Positions 27,902 through 36,445 of a stretch of 64,000 bases of DNA are shown piece by piece. The notes under the pieces are model-generated. The model was not told the origin of the DNA. It ran no database searches and was given only the letters and a program-made list of their open reading frames with translations. Position 1 is the first letter of the stretch. Each line of letters begins with the position of its first letter. Source of the DNA: a virus; IMG/VR virus record IMGVR_UViG_3300005573_000005; one strand, 5' to 3'. The position numbers were made by a program, and so were the translations under genes.

Positions 27902-28873
27902 ATGAATAGTCAAGTAAGTCTAAGTAATAGTCAAGTTAATCGGAATGTTTCAGAACTTCCTACTATAAAGACTTTTTATTCGGATATTTATCCGGCTTAT
28001 GGAATTGGTTATAAAGAATTAGATTTTAAAGATTTTCAGATTTCTTGTGGAGATAATGCAATAAATTTAGCTATAGATGATAAGAAAAAGAAACTTTCCA
28101 AGAGTGCTATAAGAACAATCAGGTCTGTTATAGGCTTTAATCTCTATGATTTAATCACTTATGCAGATGATCCAGACTTAGTAGAAAGAATTTTTACTTA
28201 TCACAGGAAAAAATTTGGTAATTTAAAATTTAGTATTTCTTATGATGATGAGCAAGTACTTACGATTAAACGAGAAGCTTTTCTTCCTGTAGAAGAAGTA
28301 ATAAAAACCCTTATAGAGATTGTGCCTGCTTCTCGTGTTGTAGATTTTTACAGATCCCGTAATTCTTATGTTCTTAAGATTATTACTGAGATTGCCAGGA
28401 ATCCGGCTACACGTCCAGGGGATCTATCTCATTCTGGGTTATTTTTAAGTGTAAATGGTTGTGTTCACGTCTCTCCGTTTGTTTACAGACTGGTATGTTC
28501 GAATGGGTTGATTACAGAGAACTGTCTGGGAAATGCTGAAGTTAATTTGTCAGACAATCTAAAGTCGGTTCTTTCGGATTCTGTTCATGCGTTGTCAGAT
28601 TTTGTAGAACTTGTAAATATAAAAGTAGATTCACCTGCTGAGTTTGTAGCAAGGATTGCAAATGAAAAGCGTATACCGTTCAGGTATATAGAAAAGATTT
28701 TACGCAATCTTGCAAGTATGGAAGGGGATACTGCTTATGATCTTGTTAACAGTATTTCGTTTATTAGTAGTGCTTCAGGTCAAAGAAGCTATGAACATAT
28801 AGCAGGTTTGTTTATGTCTTCTGTTGTTTTGCCTCGTTGTTCACAGTGTAAGAGTGTTCTTATAGAAGCTTAA
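27902..28873 (+). CDS. hypothetical protein (possibly DUF932-like)
   Basis: RBS taaggag. The central FVYRLVCSNGLI resembles the R.vC.NG motif I associate with DUF932 phage/plasmid proteins. Unverified. Confidence 0.3.
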   Translation: MNSQVSLSNSQVNRNVSELPTIKTFYSDIYPAYGIGYKELDFKDFQISCGDNAINLAIDDKKKKLSKSAIRTIRSVIGFNLYDLITYADDPDLVERIFTYHRKKFGNLKFSISYDDEQVLTIKREAFLPVEEVIKTLIEIVPASRVVDFYRSRNSYVLKIITEIARNPATRPGDLSHSGLFLSVNGCVHVSPFVYRLVCSNGLITENCLGNAEVNLSDNLKSVLSDSVHALSDFVELVNIKVDSPAEFVARIANEKRIPFRYIEKILRNLASMEGDTAYDLVNSISFISSASGQRSYEHIAGLFMSSVVLPRCSQCKSVLIEA

Positions 28874-28906
28874 GTAGCTTTCTTTTGAGAAAAATAAGAG
28901 GTTTTT

Positions 28907-29068
28907 ATGCGACAAAAAATTTATCAACAAAACGCAATAGATGAGTTATTAGCAAAATCCAGGAAGCTTTTGAATTTATCAGGTGGTAAAAAATTTGTTT
29001 TTAAATCACCGACTGGTTCCGGAAAAATAATAATGATGGCGGAGTTTTTGAAGCAATTCTCCTATTAG
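28907..29068 (+). pseudogene. 53-codon remnant of a superfamily-2 helicase / type III restriction Res-like gene (N terminus only)
   Basis: Not in the ORF track (<60 aa). Translates to MRQKIYQQNAIDELLAKSRKLLNLSGGKKFVFKSPTGSGKIIMMAEFLKQFSY*. That is a Q-motif-like region plus Walker A (SPTGSGK), then a stop with no helicase motifs II-VI downstream. Confidence 0.55.
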
Positions 29069-29082
29069 TTATCAGGTAAGCA

Positions 29083-29505
29083 ATGAAGATACAGAAACAA
29101 ACATCTGATACTAAACATTTTTTGAAATTTTTTGGTTCTCCCGTGATATTGATATTAAAGTTTAGTAAACCTTTAAGTAAAGAAACTTTTGATTGTTGGA
29201 TTAAATCAATTTTTGAGTGTTTGAACAATTGTTCTGAATTATGGGGAAATCCTATATTTTTAGACCCTAAAAAGGTTCATGTGTATGGTGTAGATAGACA
29301 TTTATGGAAACCTTTTTTTATTGAATTTACAGATAAATATTTGGTTGCTTTTGTGTATAAGAAAACTTGTAAGAATACTATTCGTAGACTTGTATGTAAT
29401 ATTCAAAGATTTGTTGATACTGAAGTAAAAGCTTTTATCGGAGAGATAAACGTCAAGACCTGGAATGATTTTGAATGTCTAGCTAAGTCCCAAAAAAGAA
29501 AGTAA
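29083..29505 (+). CDS. hypothetical protein
   Basis: 140-aa ORF following the helicase remnant. No motif recognised. Could itself be a fragment. Confidence 0.3.
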   Translation: MKIQKQTSDTKHFLKFFGSPVILILKFSKPLSKETFDCWIKSIFECLNNCSELWGNPIFLDPKKVHVYGVDRHLWKPFFIEFTDKYLVAFVYKKTCKNTIRRLVCNIQRFVDTEVKAFIGEINVKTWNDFECLAKSQKRK

Positions 29506-29622
29506 TTTGAAAAAAGGGTATGTAATGAGTTTGAAGTATAAAAAGCTTTTGAGTAATTCTAAAACTAAAAATTCTTATAGAACGTATTTTGCATTTTACG
29601 AATGGTTATTTTAGCATTTTTT

Positions 29623-29642
29623 AGCGTTTTAACGCTTTTTTT
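29623..29642 (+). terminator. short hairpin plus T-run (weak intrinsic terminator candidate)
   Basis: agcgtt-tt-aacgct followed by tttttt, inside the 240-nt gap 29506..29743. Confidence 0.3.
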
Positions 29643-29743
29643 ACGTTGATTCTTATGAATATCTGTGATAGATTGCTTTTTAAAGACGGTTTTAAAATTT
29701 CTATGTTTTAAGTAGCTAAACGTAGATTAGGAAGTGACTTTCT

Positions 29744-30382
29744 ATGTCTATTGTAGATAGTGTTTTTTTAGAGCAAATCCTTTTAGGGGAGCGTCTGGAT
29801 GTACAACAAATAAGAAATTTAGCTATGCGAGGCTTGTCTATAGCATTAATTGCATCTTTGCTTGGCATACCTGAAACTGAAGTTAAAGCAGCACTTAATA
29901 TACCTTCTAAGATACAGCATAAAATTTCTTCTATTTGGAAGAATAAAAAATTTTTACGCGATTTTATTTTTTCTTTGTGGAAGATGGAGACTGCTTTAGC
30001 TTCTTCAGCGGTTGGGGATAAAGGTAAATCTATAGGACCTTTACAGATACAGAAGAGTGTAGTAGATGACGTAAATAGAGTTTATGGTACAAAATATTCT
30101 TATGACGATAGAAAAGATTTGACAAAATCTATAGAAATTGCTATAAGATATCTTTCGCATTATTCAAAAGGTAGAAATCTTACTCCTGAAACGTTATACA
30201 GGATTTGGAATGGTGGTCCAAATCTTGGAGGAGAAAAGACAGCAATGCGAACAAAAAAATTTATGAACATTTATAACGATGTTTCTAAAGGTTTTTTGAG
30301 TTTGTCAGATGCGGATAAGTATATTGAGTTAGCGAAAGTATTGGATTCTGTAATTTTAGAAAGAAAAGGAGTTGTCGCATGA
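29744..30382 (+). CDS. lytic transglycosylase (SLT-like) domain protein, candidate lysin
   Basis: WKMETALASS..GDKGKSIGPLQIQKSVVDDVN..IEIAIRYLSHY follows the SLT pattern (E-S/T ... G.mQi ... a..yL). Confidence 0.45.
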   Translation: MSIVDSVFLEQILLGERLDVQQIRNLAMRGLSIALIASLLGIPETEVKAALNIPSKIQHKISSIWKNKKFLRDFIFSLWKMETALASSAVGDKGKSIGPLQIQKSVVDDVNRVYGTKYSYDDRKDLTKSIEIAIRYLSHYSKGRNLTPETLYRIWNGGPNLGGEKTAMRTKKFMNIYNDVSKGFLSLSDADKYIELAKVLDSVILERKGVVA

Positions 30383-31209
30383 ATCTAATGAATGTTTATT
30401 ATGTAGGGATGTTTGGTTATCTTTCAGAAGAAGAAAAGAAAGAAGATTTGAAGAATATAGATAAACGAAAATTCAAAGTTTTGAAACCAGAGAGTACTTC
30501 AGGCTTGTTTATTTATATTTATTTAGGTTCAGATCCTATGGCAGCAAGGGATAAATTTGATGAACTAAAACGTTTATTGACAGGAGCTATTTCGGCAGAT
30601 TTACTTGTGCGTCCCTCTTTATTTCCTGTGAAGGATTCTAAGAAGCTTGGTGGTGTTTTCTATCAGGATAGGATAGAGGATATTTCAAATTTTGAACAAA
30701 CAAAAATGGAAATGATGGAAAATGTGGAAGACATAGAAGAGGTAGTCAAAAAGATAGAGGATGTGCTTACCTATTACAAAAAAGATGTGGGGCATTCTAT
30801 CAATATCACACGGAAAGAAATCATCAAAATTCTCACTTCTTCTCCAACAAAATGGGAAGAGTTTGTAGAGAAAGAAATGTGGGGTTTTGAAAAAGAATGC
30901 GACGAAGAAGATTTGAAATATGTCAGTCCTTCACGCAAAACTGGAGTATATGTGCTAGATGGAAGGGACATTTTTTGGCACGTCATTTCACCAGATGTGG
31001 GAATGGTGATAGAAGAGCTTTCCGATGGTATCGTCATCTATATTAATGAAAAACTCTACAAGGTTGACGACTATGGATGGATATACTGGGTGATGAAAAA
31101 AGACAAAAATAAGGAGTTCTATTGGGCTGTCCGAGGATACGGTACATTTGAAAGGGCGAAACGAGAAGCTCTTCGGATAGAAAGAAGTTTTGTAAAAGCT
31201 AAAGATTAG
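30379..31209 (+). CDS. hypothetical protein
   Basis: 276-aa ORF that overlaps the upstream stop. Acidic. Confidence 0.45.
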   Translation: MNLMNVYYVGMFGYLSEEEKKEDLKNIDKRKFKVLKPESTSGLFIYIYLGSDPMAARDKFDELKRLLTGAISADLLVRPSLFPVKDSKKLGGVFYQDRIEDISNFEQTKMEMMENVEDIEEVVKKIEDVLTYYKKDVGHSINITRKEIIKILTSSPTKWEEFVEKEMWGFEKECDEEDLKYVSPSRKTGVYVLDGRDIFWHVISPDVGMVIEELSDGIVIYINEKLYKVDDYGWIYWVMKKDKNKEFYWAVRGYGTFERAKREALRIERSFVKAKD

Positions 31210-31266
31210 TATTAAGATTACAAAAAGTTGATGTTATAATAGTACTTAACAAGTAAGGAGGTTATT

Positions 31267-31785
31267 ATGATAACAGAAAATCAAAAGAAAGAATTGTTAA
31301 AGCATATACAAGATAAAGTTTATTCTCGATATTCCGATTGGGAACTTTATATGAAAGCCTGGAAAGAACATAATGATAATTTTCGTACAGAGGTATGGTT
31401 TGATTTTGATGCTGATGATATAGTGATCATACCAGGGCTTTCTACAGGTACGTATTCAAAAAGAAATGGTGTGATTTTGTTCACAATTGAGCAGAATACT
31501 ATGGCAAATTCTACATGGAAGGAGGAAGATGTACTATGGGATTATGAAATAGAAGAGCTAGAAAAAATGCGTGAAGAGGATTATGTAGATCTGGATGATT
31601 TTTGTAAAATGAAAGGTATAAATTTGAAGCGTCGTATAGGGGAATTTGAGGCTGATTTCTTTAAAATAGATTGGGACAAAGTGGAATATCAATTATCTGA
31701 GGAGGGTTTAACAGAGTCAGAACAAGTTTCGGTTAAACGTTTTATTATAGATAAACTTTTTGAAAAATGTGCGAAAAGAAAGTAA
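31267..31785 (+). CDS. hypothetical protein ending in the KRFIIDKLFE tag
   Basis: Strong RBS (aaggagg). The C terminus is ..EQVSVKRFIIDKLFEKCAKRK. Confidence 0.5.
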   Translation: MITENQKKELLKHIQDKVYSRYSDWELYMKAWKEHNDNFRTEVWFDFDADDIVIIPGLSTGTYSKRNGVILFTIEQNTMANSTWKEEDVLWDYEIEELEKMREEDYVDLDDFCKMKGINLKRRIGEFEADFFKIDWDKVEYQLSEEGLTESEQVSVKRFIIDKLFEKCAKRK

Positions 31786-31809
31786 AGAGATAGAAAGGAT
31801 TTGTATAAC

Positions 31810-32826
31810 ATGTCTGAAAAGTGTACTATATTAGATAAGTCGTTTGAAGTTGTAAGAGGAGTTCCTGGTTCTCGTGAATTTCCCACAATAGTGTCTTACG
31901 TAGATTTTTTAAACAGTGTAGGAGCAAAAGCTACTTTACGTAACGGTAAAATTGATGTAGAAAGGAGTATTTTGCCTGCGTTTGTTTATATTCAGAATGG
32001 TAAGATAGCTTATCCGTTTGGTTGTGTAAAGGGTGCTTTTGTATTGGATTACATTTCTTCTCTTCGCTCTTTGGAGAACTGTCCTGAATATGTAGGTGGT
32101 TTTTTCTCTTGTACAGATACGCAAATTACTTCTCTTCAAGGCGCTCCTGAGCATGTAGGTGAGGATTTCGATTGTTCTTATTGTAAAAATCTGAAATCTC
32201 TAAAAGGTGCTCCGAAGTACGTAGGCAGAGATTTTAATTGTTTACGTTGTGAGAATCTTACATCTCTTGAAGGAGCTCCTGAGTATGTAGGCAGAAATTT
32301 TAACTGTTTTCGTTGTGAGAATCTTTTATCCCTGAAAGGAGCTCCAAAATGTGTAGGTGGATCTTTTTATATTTTGGCTTGTTTTCAGTTGATATTTTTG
32401 GAAGGAGCTCCCGACTATGTAAGTGGAGATTTTAATTGTTCTTATTGCTATAATCTTACATCTTTGGCGGGTGCTCCGAAGTATGTAGGCAGAAATTTCA
32501 ACTGTTTTCGTTGCGAGAATCTTAAATCTCTCGAAGGAGCTCCCGAATATGTAGGCAGAGATTTTAATTGTTTACGTTGTGAGAATCTTAAATCTCTTGA
32601 AGGTGCTCCTGAGCATGTGGGCAGAAATTTCGATTGTTCGGAGTGTGTAAAGTTGATTTCTCTGGAGGGCGTTCCTGAGTATATAGGCGGAGATTTTGAT
32701 TGTTCTAAATGTGAAAAGTTAACATCTTTGGAAGGCTTAAATATTGTGAAAGGTAAAATTTATGCTAAGGAAATACCTATAAAAGATTTAGCTGGTTTTC
32801 CAGAAAATAAAGTTGTTTTAAAGTAG
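31810..32826 (+). CDS. Cys-containing 22-residue LRR-like repeat protein, paralog 1 (degenerate N-terminal tag MSEKCTILDKSFE)
   Basis: Pre-repeat module (SREFPTIVSYVDFLNSVGAKATLRNGKIDVE..). About 11 units of L.GAPEYVG.DF.C..C.NL.S. Conserved cap LNIVKGKIYAKEIPIKDLAGFPENKVVLK. Confidence 0.7.
   Translation: MSEKCTILDKSFEVVRGVPGSREFPTIVSYVDFLNSVGAKATLRNGKIDVERSILPAFVYIQNGKIAYPFGCVKGAFVLDYISSLRSLENCPEYVGGFFSCTDTQITSLQGAPEHVGEDFDCSYCKNLKSLKGAPKYVGRDFNCLRCENLTSLEGAPEYVGRNFNCFRCENLLSLKGAPKCVGGSFYILACFQLIFLEGAPDYVSGDFNCSYCYNLTSLAGAPKYVGRNFNCFRCENLKSLEGAPEYVGRDFNCLRCENLKSLEGAPEHVGRNFDCSECVKLISLEGVPEYIGGDFDCSKCEKLTSLEGLNIVKGKIYAKEIPIKDLAGFPENKVVLK
32401..32524 (+). repeat. 124-bp tract identical, bar 1 mismatch, to 41425..41548 in paralog 3
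   Basis: Base-by-base comparison shows the only difference is aaatttCa versus aaatttTa. The flanking repeat units are clearly more diverged by eye. Confidence 0.9.
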
Positions 32827-32850
32827 GTCTTTTCAATAAAAGGAGTTAAT

Positions 32851-33783
32851 ATGAAACCTGATGCTGAAATTTTGCTTGGTAAAGATTATCCTATAATACC
32901 TCGTTACAAGAAAACAATTATTTTATGTTTACCTGTTTATTTAGATACTTCTATAGCTAACAATATCTGGATGAAGAAACTGGAGAAAAAAGGTCAGATA
33001 AAAGTTGACCGTAGTAAAATGTTTTTACAATTTCTTGAGTTTTATTCTTATATAGCCTCTCTTGCTATAGTTTATCTTCAGCCACCTAAGAAGGGTTTAC
33101 AGGATCAAGTTTATATAACAAATGCAGCAGTTCGTTTGCCTCATTTGCCAGATGTTTTTGTTTTATCTAAGTTTAAGGCAGAAGGACGTCAAGGTGAAGA
33201 ACAGGAAGTTAAACCTTTATTAAACGCTTTAGGTTATAGAACTATACAATGTCCTTATTTCTTTGAAGGAGAAGCTGAATTAAAATGGATTGATAAGAAT
33301 GTTTATATAGGAGGTTATGGAATACGTACTTCTTTGGAAGCTCTTAAATGGATAGCTAAGAATTTTGATGCTGTTATTATTCCTTTAAAAGAACAAGATG
33401 AATTTCTTTATCATCTTGATTGCCATGTTTTTCCTATAACTAACGATCATGTTCTTGTTTATACAGGAGATAAACCAGATACTTCCATAAAGGCTATAGA
33501 AAAATATGCTAATGTGATACCTGTAAACAAAGCGTGTGCTTATGCAGGTATTACAAATAGTGTCAGGGTTGGTACAATTGTATTTAATGCAACTAATATA
33601 AATGAGCTTAAACGGGATGATGAAGACTTTGCGAAAGAGAAAGAGAAGAATGAAACTCTTGAGAAGATTTGTAGGGAGCTTGGTCTTGAATTGGTATTTT
33701 TCAATATGAGTGAATTTCTTAAATCTGGTGCTTTATTGTCATGTTGCGTACTTCATGTTGTTCATGATAAAATCTATACATAA
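32851..33783 (+). CDS. guanidino-group-modifying enzyme superfamily protein (DDAH / amidinotransferase / deiminase fold)
   Basis: GGYGIRTSLEALKWIAKNF, LYHLDCHVFPI (His-Leu-Asp) and a C-terminal SGALLSCCVLHV. The last resembles the catalytic-Cys segment of DDAH as I recall it (DGLLTCCSVLI). Confidence 0.5.
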   Translation: MKPDAEILLGKDYPIIPRYKKTIILCLPVYLDTSIANNIWMKKLEKKGQIKVDRSKMFLQFLEFYSYIASLAIVYLQPPKKGLQDQVYITNAAVRLPHLPDVFVLSKFKAEGRQGEEQEVKPLLNALGYRTIQCPYFFEGEAELKWIDKNVYIGGYGIRTSLEALKWIAKNFDAVIIPLKEQDEFLYHLDCHVFPITNDHVLVYTGDKPDTSIKAIEKYANVIPVNKACAYAGITNSVRVGTIVFNATNINELKRDDEDFAKEKEKNETLEKICRELGLELVFFNMSEFLKSGALLSCCVLHVVHDKIYT

Positions 33784-33803
33784 AAGAGAAAGGAGATATT
33801 CAA

Positions 33804-34013
33804 ATGCCTCCACCTAACTTAAAGCATTGTGTTCAAAAAGTTATGAGAAAAGGTTGGTCAAAACCAAGAGCGTATGCAATTTGTGTTTCTTCTACTGGCT
33901 GGAGACGAGCTCCTGGTAAGAAATGGGTAAAAGATGGTAAAGTCTGGAAGAAGCCTACAAGTGAATCTGTGAAGACTTTTATTATTGATAAATTATTTGA
34001 ATCTGTGTTATGA
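33804..34013 (+). CDS. small basic protein ending in the KTFIIDKLFE tag
   Basis: Strong RBS (aaaggag). MPPPNLKHCVQKVMRKGWSKPRAYAIC... The C terminus is ..SESVKTFIIDKLFESVL. Confidence 0.5.
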   Translation: MPPPNLKHCVQKVMRKGWSKPRAYAICVSSTGWRRAPGKKWVKDGKVWKKPTSESVKTFIIDKLFESVL

Positions 34014-34729
34014 TGCATGTTTATAAATGGTTAGAAACACCTGAGATAAAGAAGTTGCGAGAAGGTTCTCTATCGGACTTGCTGTATAAAGAGTTCTTTA
34101 GAGATCCTATGCGACCTGTTTATTTTAGCAGTTCTTGTTTTCTTTCACCTGCTGATGGTACAATTCTTTATGCAGGTGTATATAAGCCTGACGAAGAAGT
34201 TTTATCTGTTAAAGGTACAAAGCTTTCAGCCAAGAAATTATTACAGGATGACTCTTATGATAAAACCAGTATAATTATAGGTATTTTTATGTGTGCTCTT
34301 GATGTTCATATAAATCGTGTACCTTTGAGTGGTATGCTCCGATTCAGGAAAGCTGAGTCTATTCAAGCTACGAATAGAACTATGATAGGAGTGGAAAAAG
34401 ATATTCTTTTAAAGTTAGGTGTTAATCCTAAAAATTTGCTTTATGCTGCTACTAATGAAAGGGTAATAAACGAATTTGTAAGTCCTTATTATGGTAAGTA
34501 TTTTGTTGTACAGATTGCGGATACGGATGTTAAAGTTATTTCTCATTTTGTTGATAATGGTAGTTTTGTTCAGCAAGGAGACAGATTTTCTTTTGTACGG
34601 TGGGGAAGTCAAGTAGATCTTATAATACCAGTACGAGAAGAGTGCGTTTATGTTTTACATACAAAACCCTATCTACACGTTGAAGGCGGAAAAGATAAAT
34701 TATTATCTTTTTCTTTTAAGGAGGATTAA
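34010..34729 (+). CDS. phosphatidylserine decarboxylase-like pyruvoyl-dependent decarboxylase
   Basis: FLSPADGTILYAG, DVHINRVPLSGML, NERV, and FSFVRWGSQVDLIIP (a G-S self-cleavage site in the position of the LGST motif). Confidence 0.6.
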   Translation: MMHVYKWLETPEIKKLREGSLSDLLYKEFFRDPMRPVYFSSSCFLSPADGTILYAGVYKPDEEVLSVKGTKLSAKKLLQDDSYDKTSIIIGIFMCALDVHINRVPLSGMLRFRKAESIQATNRTMIGVEKDILLKLGVNPKNLLYAATNERVINEFVSPYYGKYFVVQIADTDVKVISHFVDNGSFVQQGDRFSFVRWGSQVDLIIPVREECVYVLHTKPYLHVEGGKDKLLSFSFKED

Positions 34730-34731
34730 AA

Positions 34732-35172
34732 ATGCACGATAGTTTCGTAGACAAATTATTTACAACTTTTGCGAGAGTAAAGGAGCTTAAGGAAGAAAGT
34801 GAAAAAGAAAAAAAAGATGTTGAAAAAGAAGTTCCTGTAGAGATTACTAAAGATACAGCAGAACTTCCTTCTCCTGAAATACCTACTGAAATTGAGCATA
34901 CTTGTCCTGATTGTGGTGAAGAAATGGAGTTAATTCCAGATTATAAATATGTTTGTCCTTCTTGCGGTTATGCTGTTCCTTATGAGGATGCAGAAGAAGA
35001 AATTCCTGAGGAACCTTCAGTAGCTCCTGCTGTAGCTGATAAAAAAACTACGGACGAAGAGGAACCTGAAGGTGCTGAAAAGCCTGAGAAAGTTTCACTG
35101 AAGGTTGATATTAAGACAGATGACGAGGAAGAAGGAGAACCTGTTAAAGTGACCGTTTCAGGAGAGAAGTAA
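34732..35172 (+). CDS. acidic protein with a zinc ribbon
   Basis: CPDCGEEMELIPDYKYVCPSCGY flanked by E/K/P-rich low-complexity sequence. Confidence 0.45.
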   Translation: MHDSFVDKLFTTFARVKELKEESEKEKKDVEKEVPVEITKDTAELPSPEIPTEIEHTCPDCGEEMELIPDYKYVCPSCGYAVPYEDAEEEIPEEPSVAPAVADKKTTDEEEPEGAEKPEKVSLKVDIKTDDEEEGEPVKVTVSGEK

Positions 35173-35175
35173 ATA

Positions 35176-35718
35176 ATGCTTATTTTTGTGAAACAGTTAG
35201 AGAAGGACTCTGTTGTTCTGCATATTATTTTAGGGAAAGAGTCCTATTTTATGTTTGAGTGTTTTGGTTTTATAGCGGAGGAAATTACTTCGCTAATTAG
35301 TGATTTGGTTAAAGAAGGTAAAAGGATTTACTTACATATTGTTAATAACGATGTAAGCGAGTACGAGTTATGGAAAAAGCTTACTATGCTTGGAATTCCT
35401 GTATTGGTACATAATATTGTCAAAGTGGAAAAAAGGGAAACAGGCGAAACTCGTGAAGTTTTTCCTGTAGAAGATGTTAGTTCGGTCTTGCAAGAAGATA
35501 TTAAAGAGAAGAGTACAAAAGAAGCAAAAGAAGTGCAGAAGGAGCTTCAGAAAATGCACAACAAGTCTGCTACTGAGTGTTTTTATTGTGGTGGTACAGC
35601 TGATATTATACCTGGAACGTTTCCAGTTATGTGTAAGAGTTGTTTTGAGTTAAACATAGGGCTTTCTGCGGGTATGAGAAAGACTAAGAGAAAGAAAGCT
35701 TCCCATGATAAAGACTGA
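35176..35718 (+). CDS. hypothetical protein with a C-terminal zinc ribbon
   Basis: CFYCGGTADIIPGTFPVMCKSC followed by a basic tail. Confidence 0.45.
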   Translation: MLIFVKQLEKDSVVLHIILGKESYFMFECFGFIAEEITSLISDLVKEGKRIYLHIVNNDVSEYELWKKLTMLGIPVLVHNIVKVEKRETGETREVFPVEDVSSVLQEDIKEKSTKEAKEVQKELQKMHNKSATECFYCGGTADIIPGTFPVMCKSCFELNIGLSAGMRKTKRKKASHDKD

Positions 35719-36085
35719 TAATTCAGATAACAATGAAATTCTTATCTTATTAGGTTCTTTAAAAGCTTCTGTACAAGACGTACAGAAGATGGTGAAGGAG
35801 CAGTCCGATTTATTAAGAGAAGTCCGAGAGACAGGCTGTCCTTTTGGACGTCAGACAAGAGAGTTAGTTTCTCATCTTCGAGGTAATAATTATGAGAATG
35901 GGAATTCTATTATTGTTTCAAGGACATTTTTGAAAAAATATGGATGGCATATTTTTATTTTGTGCGTTTTAGGCTTAATTTATTTACGTGATTTAGTTAT
36001 TTCTCGTTATAATGTTGATATTTTAGTAGATAAAGTTTGTGAGCGAGTACTACAGAATGAGAATATTAGAAGTGTCCCTAAATGA
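35705..36085 (+). CDS. hypothetical membrane protein (one predicted TM helix)
   Basis: Hydrophobic span WHIFILCVLGLIYLRDLVI near the C terminus. Confidence 0.4.
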   Translation: MIKTDNSDNNEILILLGSLKASVQDVQKMVKEQSDLLREVRETGCPFGRQTRELVSHLRGNNYENGNSIIVSRTFLKKYGWHIFILCVLGLIYLRDLVISRYNVDILVDKVCERVLQNENIRSVPK

Positions 36086-36440
36086 TTTTGTTAATTTTTT
36101 GTTAGAAGGATATGCTATAGGACCTTCAGCAAGAGTTTGGAAGACTTTGTCTAAGCAAGATAGAGAGTTTTTGAGTAATCTTGCTCAAGTTGCAGCAGAC
36201 TATAATGTCATACGGTTGAATTATGGTCCGAAACTTACTACAGGACGTTACGTTTCACGTACTATTGAGCCATATTCGCTTCGGTTTCGTAAGTTACGGA
36301 TAGGTAAGGTTCCAGTTTTATTCGGGTTTGACGTTGTAAAAGGGCATATAAAGATGTTTCCTATTTATCGTATTCATTCTTTTGAATATAGAGGCAGGAA
36401 GTTCGAGCCACGTTGGCCAGTTGAATTTAAGAAGGATTAA
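36039..36440 (+). CDS. hypothetical protein (weak WYL-like resemblance)
   Basis: EPYSLRFRKLRIGKVPVLFGFDVVKGHIKMFPIYRIHSFE. GTG 36039 or ATG 36057 as start. Confidence 0.3.
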   Translation: MSEYYRMRILEVSLNDFVNFLLEGYAIGPSARVWKTLSKQDREFLSNLAQVAADYNVIRLNYGPKLTTGRYVSRTIEPYSLRFRKLRIGKVPVLFGFDVVKGHIKMFPIYRIHSFEYRGRKFEPRWPVEFKKD

Positions 36441-36445
36441 TTTTT

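Noticed and set aside
29524-29613. A 29-codon ORF (MSLKYKKLLSNSKTKNSYRTYFAFYEWLF) in the 29506..29743 gap.
   Set aside because: It is too short and low-complexity to support, with no evidence beyond an ATG after gggta.
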